This document shows positions 40,509 to 49,646 of a DNA stretch of 64,000 bases, one piece after another. The stretch comes from Thalassobaculaceae bacterium (GTDB lineage: Bacteria; Pseudomonadota; Alphaproteobacteria; Thalassobaculales; Thalassobaculaceae), in the NCBI GenBank assembly GCA_965243345.1, contig CBDEUR010000003.1:3987607-4051606 (forward strand), in the 5' to 3' direction. How positions within the stretch are numbered: the first letter of the stretch is position 1; each line of letters opens with the position of its first letter. The notes beneath the pieces were generated by a model, which ran no database searches, was not told the origin of the DNA, and saw only the letters and a program-made list of their open reading frames with translations. The translations under genes and the position numbers were made by a program.

Positions 40509-41756
40509 TCAACCCGCCGGTCTGATCAAGCGCCCGTGGCGGATTTCCGGCACCAGCCAGAACAGCGCGATGCAGATCAGGGTGGCGACGATCGAGACCG
40601 CGAAGGCCGGCCCGTAGCTGCCGGTCAGGTCGTGCACCAGTCCCGCACCCCAGGCACTGAGCCCGGCTCCCACTCCCTGGCCCATGATGGTCGTTCCGTA
40701 GATCGCGCCGAGTCCGCGGCCTGCAAACAGCGTTGCCATGAGCGTGGTGATGATCGGTCCGCGGGCGCCCATGCTGAGGCCGTAGGGGATCATCCATGCA
40801 AAGACCAGCAAGGCGCTGTCGACGACCGGCATCAGCGCGAGCGCGCAGACCCCGGCGATGGTCAGAAGGTAGCTGACCGTGGCAACCAGGCTGCGCCCGA
40901 ACCGGTCGGCAGCCACCCCGGTCAGGAACATCCCGACGAACGACAGCACGCCGGCGGTTCCGAACGCGCCGGCAGCCTCGACCCCGGAGTACCCCTGTTC
41001 GACCAGGTAGGCTACCGAGTGCACGGTGACCGAGAACATCGCGAGCGAGGTGAGGAAGAAGATGGCGAACATGGCGTGGAACACGCGGGTACGAAGGGCC
41101 TCGGCAAGGCTGTAGCCGCCTTCGGCGCGTCCGGCCCTGGTCCGGCGCGGATTGCCGGGTGCGCCGCGTTCCAGCATTCGCCACGGCAACAGTGCGATCA
41201 GGGGCATCAGGCAGAGAAACGCGATGCCGAAATCCCGGTAGGTGAGGCGCCAGCCCTGGGCCTCGATCAGCCACTGGGCGAGCGGGGCGAACGCGAGCAG
41301 TCCGAATCCGTAGCCGGCGTAGGTCAGGGCCAGCGCGGTCGCGAGGTGCCGGTCGAACCAGCGGCTGATCAGGCTCTGGGCCGGGACCTGCCAGATGAGC
41401 GCCGCTCCCAGGCCGCCGAGGACGCCGAGACAGAGGTAGAATTGCCACAGCCCGTCGACCTCGCCGGCGATGACGTATCCGCTGCCGATGCATGCGAGGC
41501 CGGCGAGGTAGACCGCCCGCGAGCCGAACCGGTCGAACAGGTGGCCGGTGAGCGGCGAGAACACCCCCATCGCGGCAATGTAGACCGCGTAGATCGATGC
41601 CACGCCCGCGCGCTCGAGACCCAGGTCGGTCGACATGGGCAACAGGAACACCGCGTAGGCATCTCCCATGCCCCGCCCGATGGCCGACATCAGGACACAG
41701 AGGGCCAGGATGCCCACGGCGATCGCGGCGGTCCTGGCGGCTGAATGGCTGGTCAT
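40509..41756 (-). CDS. MFS transporter
   Basis: 415 aa from MTSHSAARTAAIAVGILAL, about 12 hydrophobic segments. The longer ORF to 42035 reads through the tRNA-Ser gene antisense and is rejected. Confidence 0.8.
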   Translation of the reverse strand: MTSHSAARTAAIAVGILALCVLMSAIGRGMGDAYAVFLLPMSTDLGLERAGVASIYAVYIAAMGVFSPLTGHLFDRFGSRAVYLAGLACIGSGYVIAGEVDGLWQFYLCLGVLGGLGAALIWQVPAQSLISRWFDRHLATALALTYAGYGFGLLAFAPLAQWLIEAQGWRLTYRDFGIAFLCLMPLIALLPWRMLERGAPGNPRRTRAGRAEGGYSLAEALRTRVFHAMFAIFFLTSLAMFSVTVHSVAYLVEQGYSGVEAAGAFGTAGVLSFVGMFLTGVAADRFGRSLVATVSYLLTIAGVCALALMPVVDSALLVFAWMIPYGLSMGARGPIITTLMATLFAGRGLGAIYGTTIMGQGVGAGLSAWGAGLVHDLTGSYGPAFAVSIVATLICIALFWLVPEIRHGRLIRPAG

Positions 41757-41900
41757 GGGAAATCCGATCCGGAAGAAGGCGCACGATCCTAGGGACCGGG
41801 AAGGGCGAGGGCCAGCAGGGCATCGCCGGCCGAGATTGACAGGCCACGGCCCCGCCCGTACATGATGCCGCCGGAGTTTCCGCCTGCGGTGGCGATCAAC

Positions 41901-41992
41901 GGAGGGGTGGCCGAGCGGCTGAAGGCGGCGGTTTGCTAAACCGTTATACTGGGAAACCGGTATCGTGGGTTCGAATCCCATCCCCTCCGCCA
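41901..41992 (+). tRNA. tRNA-Ser (anticodon GCU)
   Basis: Hand-folded: acceptor GGAGGGG/CCCCTCC, anticodon loop TTGCTAA, a long variable arm, T-loop GGTTCGAATCC, and an encoded CCA. Confidence 0.9.
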
Positions 41993-42025
41993 GTCCGGCC
42001 GGAGCATGCGACCGGGGAGTGGCAC

Positions 42026-42841
42026 GTGCGGGCATGCCTGACCATCACCGGCAGGACCCGGGTCTTCGGGGTCATCGCCGATCCCATCGGCCACGTGCAC
42101 GCACCATCGGTGTTCAATCCGCTGTTCGAGAAACACGGTGTCGACGCGGTCATGGTGCCGTTGCACGTGCGCCCGGACGACCTCGGGGCGACCATTGCCG
42201 GGCTGCGCGCGCTGCCGAACTTCGGCGGCATGGCGATCACCCTGCCGCACAAGGTCACCATGATGGAGCAGTGCCAGGAGATCGGCCGGCTCGGCCAGCT
42301 GATCGGGGCCGTCAACTTCGCGGCGTTCGACGAGGACCGCCGCCTGATCGGTGACAACTGCGACGGGCTGGGGTTCCTCGACGGGCTGCGCGCCGCCGGC
42401 CACGAGGTGCGCGACCGGGACATCCTGATGGTCGGAGCCGGCGGCGCGGCCCGCGCCATCGGATTCACCCTTGTCGATGCCGGGGCCGGACGGCTGGTGA
42501 TCGCGAACCGGACCCGCTCGAAGGCGGAGGAACTCGTCGAGGCGATCACCGTGGCGATCCCGGGGCGGCCCATCACGGTCGGGACCGCCGATCCGCGCGG
42601 GTTCGACCTGGTGATCAACACGACCTCGCTCGGGCTGGATGCGGGTGACGCACTGCCCGTCGATCCCGACCTGCTCGAGCCGGAGCAGCTGGTGGCCGAG
42701 ATCATCATGAACCCGGTCGAGACGCCGATCCTCGCCGCCGCGAGGGCCAGGGGCTGCGCCGTTCACTATGGCCGCCCCATGTTCCAGCATCAGGTCACCG
42801 CCATCGCGCGCCTGTTCGGCTACGACTTTCCCCTGCCGTAA
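42026..42841 (+). CDS. shikimate dehydrogenase-family protein (AroE-like)
   Basis: VFGVIADPIGHVHAPSVFN...ITLPHK...NCDG...GAGGAARAI. The GTG start at 42026 was chosen because the upstream part of the ORF overlaps the tRNA. Confidence 0.75.
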   Translation: MRACLTITGRTRVFGVIADPIGHVHAPSVFNPLFEKHGVDAVMVPLHVRPDDLGATIAGLRALPNFGGMAITLPHKVTMMEQCQEIGRLGQLIGAVNFAAFDEDRRLIGDNCDGLGFLDGLRAAGHEVRDRDILMVGAGGAARAIGFTLVDAGAGRLVIANRTRSKAEELVEAITVAIPGRPITVGTADPRGFDLVINTTSLGLDAGDALPVDPDLLEPEQLVAEIIMNPVETPILAAARARGCAVHYGRPMFQHQVTAIARLFGYDFPLP

Positions 42842-42938
42842 GACCCCGCCATTCCAGCCAGTTCACATATGGGATGGACTGATATATCTGTTGGCGGATA
42901 ACATCGGGACGGGTGTGAACACTGCGCAAGGGACAGTC

Positions 42939-43733
42939 ATGATCGAAGGCCAGGTAAAGTCGGCATCGCGGGTAATGGCGATCCTGGAGTGTTTCGAGGA
43001 CGTCAAGCGGCCGCTCAAGATCTCGGAACTGGTGCGCCTGGTCGGAATCCCCCAGTCGAGCATGTCAACGCTGATGAAGACCCTGCATGTCCAGGGATTC
43101 GTCGACTACGACGCAGAAGCGCGCACCTACCTGCCCAGCATCCGCATCGCGCTGCTGGGCAACTGGATGATGGACGGGGTCGGGACGCCGCACACGCTGC
43201 TTGCCATCATGCGGGACCTGAATGCTGCCACCGGTGACACCGTCATGCTGGGCACGCTGCTCGGTGTGCAGACCCAGTACATCCACGTGGTCAATTCCGC
43301 GCAGCGTCTCAGGTTCCACCTGCGGCCCGGCATGATGCGTCCGACATTCCGCACCGCGATCGGCCTGGTGCTGGCCAGCCTGCGGTCCGATGACGACATC
43401 GGGCGCATGGTGCGTCGCGTCAACACGGAAACGGATCGCCCGGAAGACATGGTGCGCCCGGGCGACGTGATGGCGCGTATCCGGGAGTACCGGGAGAAGG
43501 GCGTTCTCGTCACCTCGAACCTGGCGACGCCGGGCGCCGGTGTGGTCGCTGCCGTACTGAACGGTGAATCGTCGGCCCGCCCGATAGCGCTCGGAATCGG
43601 TGCACCGGTTCCGCGGCTCGTGTCCGGGCGCGACTTCCTGGTCGAGTCGCTCGCAGGCGCCGTTCACAGGTATGCCGAGGGACGCAAGGACCGCGCGGCC
43701 AGGATCCCGGCGCCGACATCGGCTACGCCCTGA
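42939..43733 (+). CDS. IclR-family transcriptional regulator
   Basis: The N-terminal wHTH SASRVMAILECFEDVKRPLKISELVRLVGIPQSSMSTLMKTL is followed by an effector domain. Confidence 0.85.
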   Translation: MIEGQVKSASRVMAILECFEDVKRPLKISELVRLVGIPQSSMSTLMKTLHVQGFVDYDAEARTYLPSIRIALLGNWMMDGVGTPHTLLAIMRDLNAATGDTVMLGTLLGVQTQYIHVVNSAQRLRFHLRPGMMRPTFRTAIGLVLASLRSDDDIGRMVRRVNTETDRPEDMVRPGDVMARIREYREKGVLVTSNLATPGAGVVAAVLNGESSARPIALGIGAPVPRLVSGRDFLVESLAGAVHRYAEGRKDRAARIPAPTSATP

Positions 43734-44475
43734 CGCGGGAACGGATCGGGCCCTCGGGGCGTCCCGCCAGCATCTGTTCGAGCCACGGGTTGGTGCTGTC
43801 TGCCGCCGCGGCGGCAGTGCCCGACCACCGGATGATGCCGTCGTGCAGCAGGGCGATGCGGTCGAACCGGTGTCGTGCGACCTTCATGTCCCCGGTAACG
43901 GCCAGCACCGTGGCACCGGTGCGCGCGCGGTGCGCATCGATCAGGTCCAGGATGGCGGTGGTCCGGACCGGGTCAAGCCCGGCGGTGGGATCATCGAGGA
44001 TCAGCAGCTCCGGATCGCCGACCAGCGCGCGGGCCAGTGCCGCCCGCTTCTGCATCCCGCCGGAGAGTTCCGAGGGAAACTGCGCCGCCACGGCACCGGG
44101 CAGTCCCACACCGGCCAGCAGGTCGCGCGCCAGGTCGCGGGCGCGGCGCCGCGGCCAGCCCTCGCACTCGACCAGGCGGAACGCGACGTTGTCGCACACC
44201 GTCATGCTGTCGAACAGCGCGTTGCGCTGGAACAGGACACCGATGCGGTCGCGGTGGCCGGCAAGGTTCGGCTCGCTGCGGCCCGCGACCTCGACATGCC
44301 CGCCATCGACGGGTGACAGCCCGAGCAGGCAGCGGACCAGCACCGACTTGCCGGCCGCCGACGGGCCGATCAGTGCCGTGGTGGCGCCGGAAGGAACCTC
44401 CAGGTCGATCGAGCGAAGAACCGGATGCTCGTTGAATGTCCGGGCGATCGAGCGGGCAACGAAACCGAATGACAT
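43723..44475 (-). CDS. ABC transporter ATP-binding protein (MlaF-like), orphan
   Basis: Walker A GPSAAGKSV, LSGGMQKRAALARAL, ILDDPTAGLDP. No permease or binding-protein gene lies on the same strand nearby. Confidence 0.75.
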   Translation of the reverse strand: MSFGFVARSIARTFNEHPVLRSIDLEVPSGATTALIGPSAAGKSVLVRCLLGLSPVDGGHVEVAGRSEPNLAGHRDRIGVLFQRNALFDSMTVCDNVAFRLVECEGWPRRRARDLARDLLAGVGLPGAVAAQFPSELSGGMQKRAALARALVGDPELLILDDPTAGLDPVRTTAILDLIDAHRARTGATVLAVTGDMKVARHRFDRIALLHDGIIRWSGTAAAAADSTNPWLEQMLAGRPEGPIRSRVRA

Positions 44476-44606
44476 GTGCACGGCCCTGGCATCGGGTTGC
44501 GTCGCGATCCGGGAGGCGGGAATTCGGTCCGGGTCTGCCCTTGTAGTATTCGCGATCCTCACCTACATCCCTCCTGCATCTGAAACCCTGGGTACTCTGG
44601 AAGTCA

Positions 44607-45563
44607 ATGGAGCCACTCATCCGGATTGACCGGCTGACCAAGCTGTTCGGGCCGATCGAGGCGGTGCGCGACGTCAGTTTCTCGGTCGACCGGGGCGAGG
44701 TCGTCGGACTTCTCGGGCCCAACGGGGCCGGCAAGTCGACCACGCTGAAACTGCTGGCCGGCTACCTCGTGCCCACCGCGGGGTCGGCCAGCGTGTGCGG
44801 CCACGATGTCGTCGCCAGTCCGCTCGCGGCGCGCCGGAGCCTCGGATACCTTCCCGAGGGGGCGCCGCTCTACGACGAGATGACACCGTCGGGTTTCCTC
44901 GACTTCGTGGCGCGGGTCCGCCGGCTCGACGGCCGGGCGCGGCGCGATGCGGTTGCGGCCGCCGCGCGGCGCCTGCAGCTCGACGGCGTGCTGCACCAGC
45001 CGATCGGCACGCTGTCGAAGGGGTTCAGGCGCCGGGTCGGCCTCGCCCAGGCCATCCTGCTCGATCCCGAGGTCCTGGTACTCGATGAACCCACCGACGG
45101 CCTCGACCCGAACCAGAAACACGAGGTTCGCGCGCTGCTGCGCGAGATGGCGGGCCGCAAGGCGGTGATCGTCTCGACCCACAACCTCGACGAGGTCGAG
45201 GCGGTGTGCTCGCGCGCGGTGGTGATCGCCGCCGGCAGGGTCGTCGCCGACGCCGCGCCCGCCGCGCTGGCGACACGTTCCGCCCGGCACAACGTGTTGT
45301 GCATCAGGGTTGCGCGCGAACATGCCACGAGAGCCATTGACGCGATCGGCACGGTGCCCGGACTGGTTGCCGTCGACAGGCCCGACCCGTCCGGTGACGA
45401 CAGCGAGATCAGGGTCATGGGGGGGGGTGACGCCGATCTCAGGGCGCCACTGCACCGGGCGCTCGTTGACCGGGACGTGGCGGTTCTCGAGTTCTGGCGC
45501 GAGCCCGGCCGCATGGAGGACGTGTTCCGGCAGCTGACGCGCCAGGCGGGAGAGGTGGCGTGA
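44607..45563 (+). CDS. ABC-2-type exporter ATP-binding protein (GldA-like)
   Basis: Walker A GPNGAGKST, LSKGFRRRVGLAQA, LVLDEPTDGLDP. Confidence 0.85.
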   Translation: MEPLIRIDRLTKLFGPIEAVRDVSFSVDRGEVVGLLGPNGAGKSTTLKLLAGYLVPTAGSASVCGHDVVASPLAARRSLGYLPEGAPLYDEMTPSGFLDFVARVRRLDGRARRDAVAAAARRLQLDGVLHQPIGTLSKGFRRRVGLAQAILLDPEVLVLDEPTDGLDPNQKHEVRALLREMAGRKAVIVSTHNLDEVEAVCSRAVVIAAGRVVADAAPAALATRSARHNVLCIRVAREHATRAIDAIGTVPGLVAVDRPDPSGDDSEIRVMGGGDADLRAPLHRALVDRDVAVLEFWREPGRMEDVFRQLTRQAGEVA

Positions 45564-46291
45564 GAACCCTGGCCGTGATCGCCCGGCGCGAGCTGGCCGC
45601 GTACTTCGGTGCGCCGCTCGCCTACGTGTTCATCGTCGTGTTCCTGGCGATGTCCGGTGCGCTGACCTTCAAGGTGGGCTACCTGCTCGAGACCGGCGTG
45701 GCCGAGCTCGGGGCCTTCTTCCGCTTCCACCCGTGGCTGTACCTGTTCCTGATGCCGGCGATCGGCATGCGGCTGTGGGCGGAGGAACGCAAGACCGGCA
45801 CGCTCGAATTCCTGATGACCCTGCCGGTTACCGTGGCCGAGGCGGTGATCGGCAAGTTCCTGGCCGCCTGGATCTTCGCCGGGGTGGCACTGGTGCTGAC
45901 CGCGCCGGTCTGGATCACGGTCAACTGGCTCGGCGACCCCGACAACGGCGTGATCGTTGCGTCCTACCTTGCAAGCTGGCTGCTTGCCGGCGGGTTCCTG
46001 GCGCTCAGCGCCTGTGCCTCGGCGATGACAGGCAACCAGGTGATCGCCTTCGTTGTCGGGGCGACCCTGTGTTTCCTGGCCATGATGAGCGGTGTCGACA
46101 TCGTACGCACCGCCTTCGAGGGGTGGGCGCCGGGCTGGGTGATCGACACCGTGGTCTCGCTGAGCGCGCTCAACAACTTCGAAACCATCAGCCAGGGCGT
46201 GATCGATGCGCGGACCCTGGTCTACTTCGTGTCGCTGATCGTGCTGGGCCTGGTGGCGAACTGCGCGATCCTCGAGTTCCGCAAGCCGTAG
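45560..46291 (+). CDS. ABC-2-type transporter permease (GldF-like)
   Basis: 243 aa with six hydrophobic segments. 4-nt overlap with the upstream gene. Confidence 0.8.
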   Translation: MRTLAVIARRELAAYFGAPLAYVFIVVFLAMSGALTFKVGYLLETGVAELGAFFRFHPWLYLFLMPAIGMRLWAEERKTGTLEFLMTLPVTVAEAVIGKFLAAWIFAGVALVLTAPVWITVNWLGDPDNGVIVASYLASWLLAGGFLALSACASAMTGNQVIAFVVGATLCFLAMMSGVDIVRTAFEGWAPGWVIDTVVSLSALNNFETISQGVIDARTLVYFVSLIVLGLVANCAILEFRKP

Positions 46292-46311
46292 GGGGCGGGC
46301 CGGTGATACCC

Positions 46312-48177
46312 ATGAACCGTCGGCTGCGTGCGCTGCTCGGGTGCGGACTGGCCCTGGTGCTCTTCGTCGCACTCAACATCTGGGCGGACCGGGAGCTGCG
46401 GTCGACCCGGCTCGACCTGACCGGGGACGGTCTCTTCACGATCTCGGAGGGAACCCGCAGCGTGCTGGCGTCGATCCGCGAGCCGATCACGGTGCGCGTC
46501 TACGCGAGTTCAGGCCTCGAGGCGCTCGGTCCGGACTACGTGGCGCTGGCGCGCCGGGTCGACGAACTGCTGGAACGCTACCAGCGCCTGTCCGGCGGGC
46601 TGCTCAGGGTCGAACGGTTCGATCCGCAGCCGTTCTCGCGCGAGGAAGACATGGCACTGGCCGACGGGATCGAGGGGTTTGCCGACGTGCTCGGCCAGGA
46701 CCGGTTCTTTCTCGGGATGGCAGCCAGCAACAGTACCAACGGCCGATACCATCTTCCCTTCCTCACGCCGGAACGCGCCGACCTGCTGGAATACGACCTC
46801 ACCCGCATGGTCCATGACCTTGCCCGGCCCCAGAAGGTCACCGTCGCCCTTCTCGGTGACCTGCCGCTCAACGGGAACCCGGCCGCACAGGCGGTCCCCT
46901 GGGCAGTGCTCGAGGCGGCCGAACGGTTCTTCGAGATCCGGACCCTGTTCGGGTCGGTCTCCACGATCGACGACGATGTCGACATCGTCTGGCTGGCCGA
47001 GCCCGGCGAGCTCGACGAGGCTACGGTCTACGCCGTCGACCAGTTCGTGATGCGGGGCGGGCGGGTGCTGGCGTTCCTCGACCCGTTTGCCGAATCACTG
47101 GTCCGGCCCCGCTCGCAGCCGCCGCGAACCGGCAGCCTCGAAACCCTGGCCCCGCTGCTGGCCGCCTGGGGTGTCGAGATCCCGGCGCGCCAGGTGATCG
47201 GCGACCGCCAGGGAGCGGTCAAGGTCCAGGTCGACCGCGGCGGGCGGACCACGGTCACCGACTACCCGGTCTGGTTTGCCGCCGGGCCGGAAGGCATGGC
47301 CGGCGGTGACCCGGTGACCGCGAACCTGTCGCTGGTACATTTCCGCTCGAGCGGGCACATCCTTGCGCGCGAGGGTGCTGCGACCCGGATCGAGCCGCTG
47401 GTCAGCAGCAGTGCCGACTCCCAGGTGATCGACCTCGCCCGTATCGAGTACGCGCCCGATCCGGTCGAGATCCTCGCGACCTTCGAGCCGGGCGGCAGCG
47501 GGCATGCGCTGGTCGCCCGCGTCTCGGGCCCGGTGCGGTCCGCCTTCCCGGACGGTCCGCCCGACGCGGTCACCGACGAGGCGGTGCGCGCGCGGCATCG
47601 TCCCGAGGCCGGGCACCCGCTCGCCATGTTGCTGGTCGCCGACTCCGACATGCTGCGCGACGATGTCTGGACCCGGGGCTCAGCGGTGTCGGGCGGCATC
47701 AGCGTGCCGTTTGCCCACAACGGCGACCTCGTGATCAATGCGCTCGAGCAGCTCGTCGGCTCCGATGCCATGATCGGGCTGCGCGGGCGCGGGATCTCGA
47801 ACCGTCCGTTCGAGGTTCTCGAGACCATGACGAGGCAGGCGGAGGCCCGCTACCGCTCGAAGGAGCGCACGCTGCTTCGTACCGTGACCGAGCTCGAGAA
47901 CCAGATCAGCATCACGCGCGGCGAGCGCGATGGCGAGGACCTGGTGCTGACCCCGGAGCAGCAGGACGAGATCCGCCGGACACGCGACAGGATGTTCGAG
48001 GTTCGCGGTGAACTGCGCGAGGTCCGGTTTGCGCTCGAGAAGGATGTCCGTGACCTGAAGGCGCTGCTCACCCTGCTCAACATCTGGGCGGTACCGGCAC
48101 TGATTGGCGTGTTTGCCGTCGCCTTCGCCCTGCTGCAGGCCCGGCGTGCCCGGCTCTTCCGCCGGACGGGATCATGA
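46312..48177 (+). CDS. GldG-family ABC-transporter auxiliary protein
   Basis: An N-terminal TM helix, a large soluble domain and a C-terminal TM helix (LNIWAVPALIGVFAVAFALL). I chose the start at MNRRLRALLG; a GTG at 46303 is possible. Confidence 0.75.
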   Translation: MNRRLRALLGCGLALVLFVALNIWADRELRSTRLDLTGDGLFTISEGTRSVLASIREPITVRVYASSGLEALGPDYVALARRVDELLERYQRLSGGLLRVERFDPQPFSREEDMALADGIEGFADVLGQDRFFLGMAASNSTNGRYHLPFLTPERADLLEYDLTRMVHDLARPQKVTVALLGDLPLNGNPAAQAVPWAVLEAAERFFEIRTLFGSVSTIDDDVDIVWLAEPGELDEATVYAVDQFVMRGGRVLAFLDPFAESLVRPRSQPPRTGSLETLAPLLAAWGVEIPARQVIGDRQGAVKVQVDRGGRTTVTDYPVWFAAGPEGMAGGDPVTANLSLVHFRSSGHILAREGAATRIEPLVSSSADSQVIDLARIEYAPDPVEILATFEPGGSGHALVARVSGPVRSAFPDGPPDAVTDEAVRARHRPEAGHPLAMLLVADSDMLRDDVWTRGSAVSGGISVPFAHNGDLVINALEQLVGSDAMIGLRGRGISNRPFEVLETMTRQAEARYRSKERTLLRTVTELENQISITRGERDGEDLVLTPEQQDEIRRTRDRMFEVRGELREVRFALEKDVRDLKALLTLLNIWAVPALIGVFAVAFALLQARRARLFRRTGS

Positions 48178-49160
48178 GCGCGCGGTTCTTCACGGCGCTG
48201 CTTGCCGCGACCGTCATCGCGGTGGCCGCAGCGGCATGGTCGGTCATGCACGGGCCGGTCACGGCGACGTCGGTCCGTGCCGGCCAGGTGGCGTTTCCCC
48301 TGCTGGCCGCCGGTCCGGACACGGTGCGTCGCATCGAGCTGCGGACGACAGAGGGCGCGATGTCCTTCGAGCGCACCGAAGCCGGGGGCTGGGTCACGCC
48401 GGAGAAGCACCGCTACCCGGTGTCGTCGCGCCGCATCCGGGAAGTGCTCACCGAGCTTGCCGACATGCGCCTGGTCGAGCCGAAGACCGCGATGGCGGAG
48501 CGCTACCCGCTGATCGGGGTGGAGCCGGTGGATGCGGCCGACGCCAATTCCGTCGAGCTGCGCCTCGAGGATGCGGGTGGAAAGGTGCTTGCCCATGCGC
48601 TGTTCGGGGTCAGGGTCTGGCACCGGACCGGGGACGCGCGCCACGGTATCTTCCTGCGCGAGCCCGGGGCGGACCGGGCCTGGCTGGCCAGTGGCGGCAC
48701 CGACCTGTCCTATGACATCCTGGACTGGCTCGACCGGGCCATCATCGATGTTGCCGCCGACGGGATTGCCGTGATCGCCGTGCAACCCGAAGCCGCGGAC
48801 GGCCTTGTCGTGTCACGCGGGTCCGACGGGTTGCTCACCGCGGACGGAAGCGAGGTCGATCCCGACCTGCTGCGCCGGCTGGCCTCGGGACTTGCGCGTC
48901 TCTCGCTGGTCGACGTGGCGCCGCGCGGGGAGGCGGGCGCTGCCGGTGCCGGCCTGTCCTACACCACCGGGGACGGACTGGTGATCGAGGTCACCGAGCG
49001 GGAGGACGGCTGGCTCACGTTCCAGGCAACGGCGACCGGTTCCGGTGCGCGCCAGCGCGCCGACGCGCTCAACGATCGGCTGGCGCCGTGGCGGTACCGG
49101 GTCGCCGACTGGCAGTACGAGAGGTTGTTCGGAGCCGCGCTTAAGGCGGCCGGCGGATGA
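48174..49160 (+). CDS. DUF4340-like protein (usual partner of GldG-family genes)
   Basis: 328 aa with an N-terminal anchor. ATGA overlap with the upstream gene. The assignment rests on context and remembered family features. Confidence 0.6.
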   Translation: MSARFFTALLAATVIAVAAAAWSVMHGPVTATSVRAGQVAFPLLAAGPDTVRRIELRTTEGAMSFERTEAGGWVTPEKHRYPVSSRRIREVLTELADMRLVEPKTAMAERYPLIGVEPVDAADANSVELRLEDAGGKVLAHALFGVRVWHRTGDARHGIFLREPGADRAWLASGGTDLSYDILDWLDRAIIDVAADGIAVIAVQPEAADGLVVSRGSDGLLTADGSEVDPDLLRRLASGLARLSLVDVAPRGEAGAAGAGLSYTTGDGLVIEVTEREDGWLTFQATATGSGARQRADALNDRLAPWRYRVADWQYERLFGAALKAAGG

Positions 49161-49636
49161 CGGGCACCGACCCGTCGTTCATGGACCTGGCGCTCGCCGA
49201 GGCACGGCGTGCGGCGGCGCGCGACGAAGTTCCGGTCGGGGCCGTGGTCACGGTGGCGGCAACGGGCGAGGTGCTGGCCGTCGCCGGCAACCGGGTCCGG
49301 GAACTCGCTGACCCGACGGCCCATGCCGAGATGCTGGCGATCCGGGAGGCGGCGGCAAGGCTGGGCCGGCCACGGCTCGATGACTGCGATCTCACCGTCA
49401 CGCTTGAGCCCTGCGCCATGTGCGCCCAGGCCATCGCGCTCGCGCGGATCCGCCGGCTGGTGTTCGCGGCCTACGACCCGAAGGGCGGGGCGGTCGAACA
49501 CGGTGCGCGGATCTTCCGCCAGCAGACCTGCCTGCATGCTCCCGAGGTGGTGGGCGGCGTGGACGAACGTGCTGCCGCGGCCCTGCTCAGCGGGTTCTTT
49601 CGCGCCCTGCGCCCGGAGACGGGCGGAACCGGCTGA
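49157..49636 (+). CDS. tadA: tRNA adenosine(34) deaminase
   Basis: CDA zinc motifs HAEMLAIREA and LEPCAMCAQA. ATGA overlap with the upstream gene. Confidence 0.9.
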   Translation: MTGTDPSFMDLALAEARRAAARDEVPVGAVVTVAATGEVLAVAGNRVRELADPTAHAEMLAIREAAARLGRPRLDDCDLTVTLEPCAMCAQAIALARIRRLVFAAYDPKGGAVEHGARIFRQQTCLHAPEVVGGVDERAAAALLSGFFRALRPETGGTG

Positions 49637-49646
49637 AGCCCGCCCG

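Noticed and set aside
41757-42025. A possible genomic island integrated at tRNA-Ser.
   Set aside because: There is no integrase, no duplicated tRNA 3' end within the window, and no GC shift. The flanking genes have native composition.
40509-42035. The long form of the MFS ORF, and the plus-strand ORF from 41933. Together they imply that coding sequence covers 41900-42000.
   Set aside because: That segment folds as tRNA-Ser(GCU). The ORF extensions are read-through of the tRNA gene.
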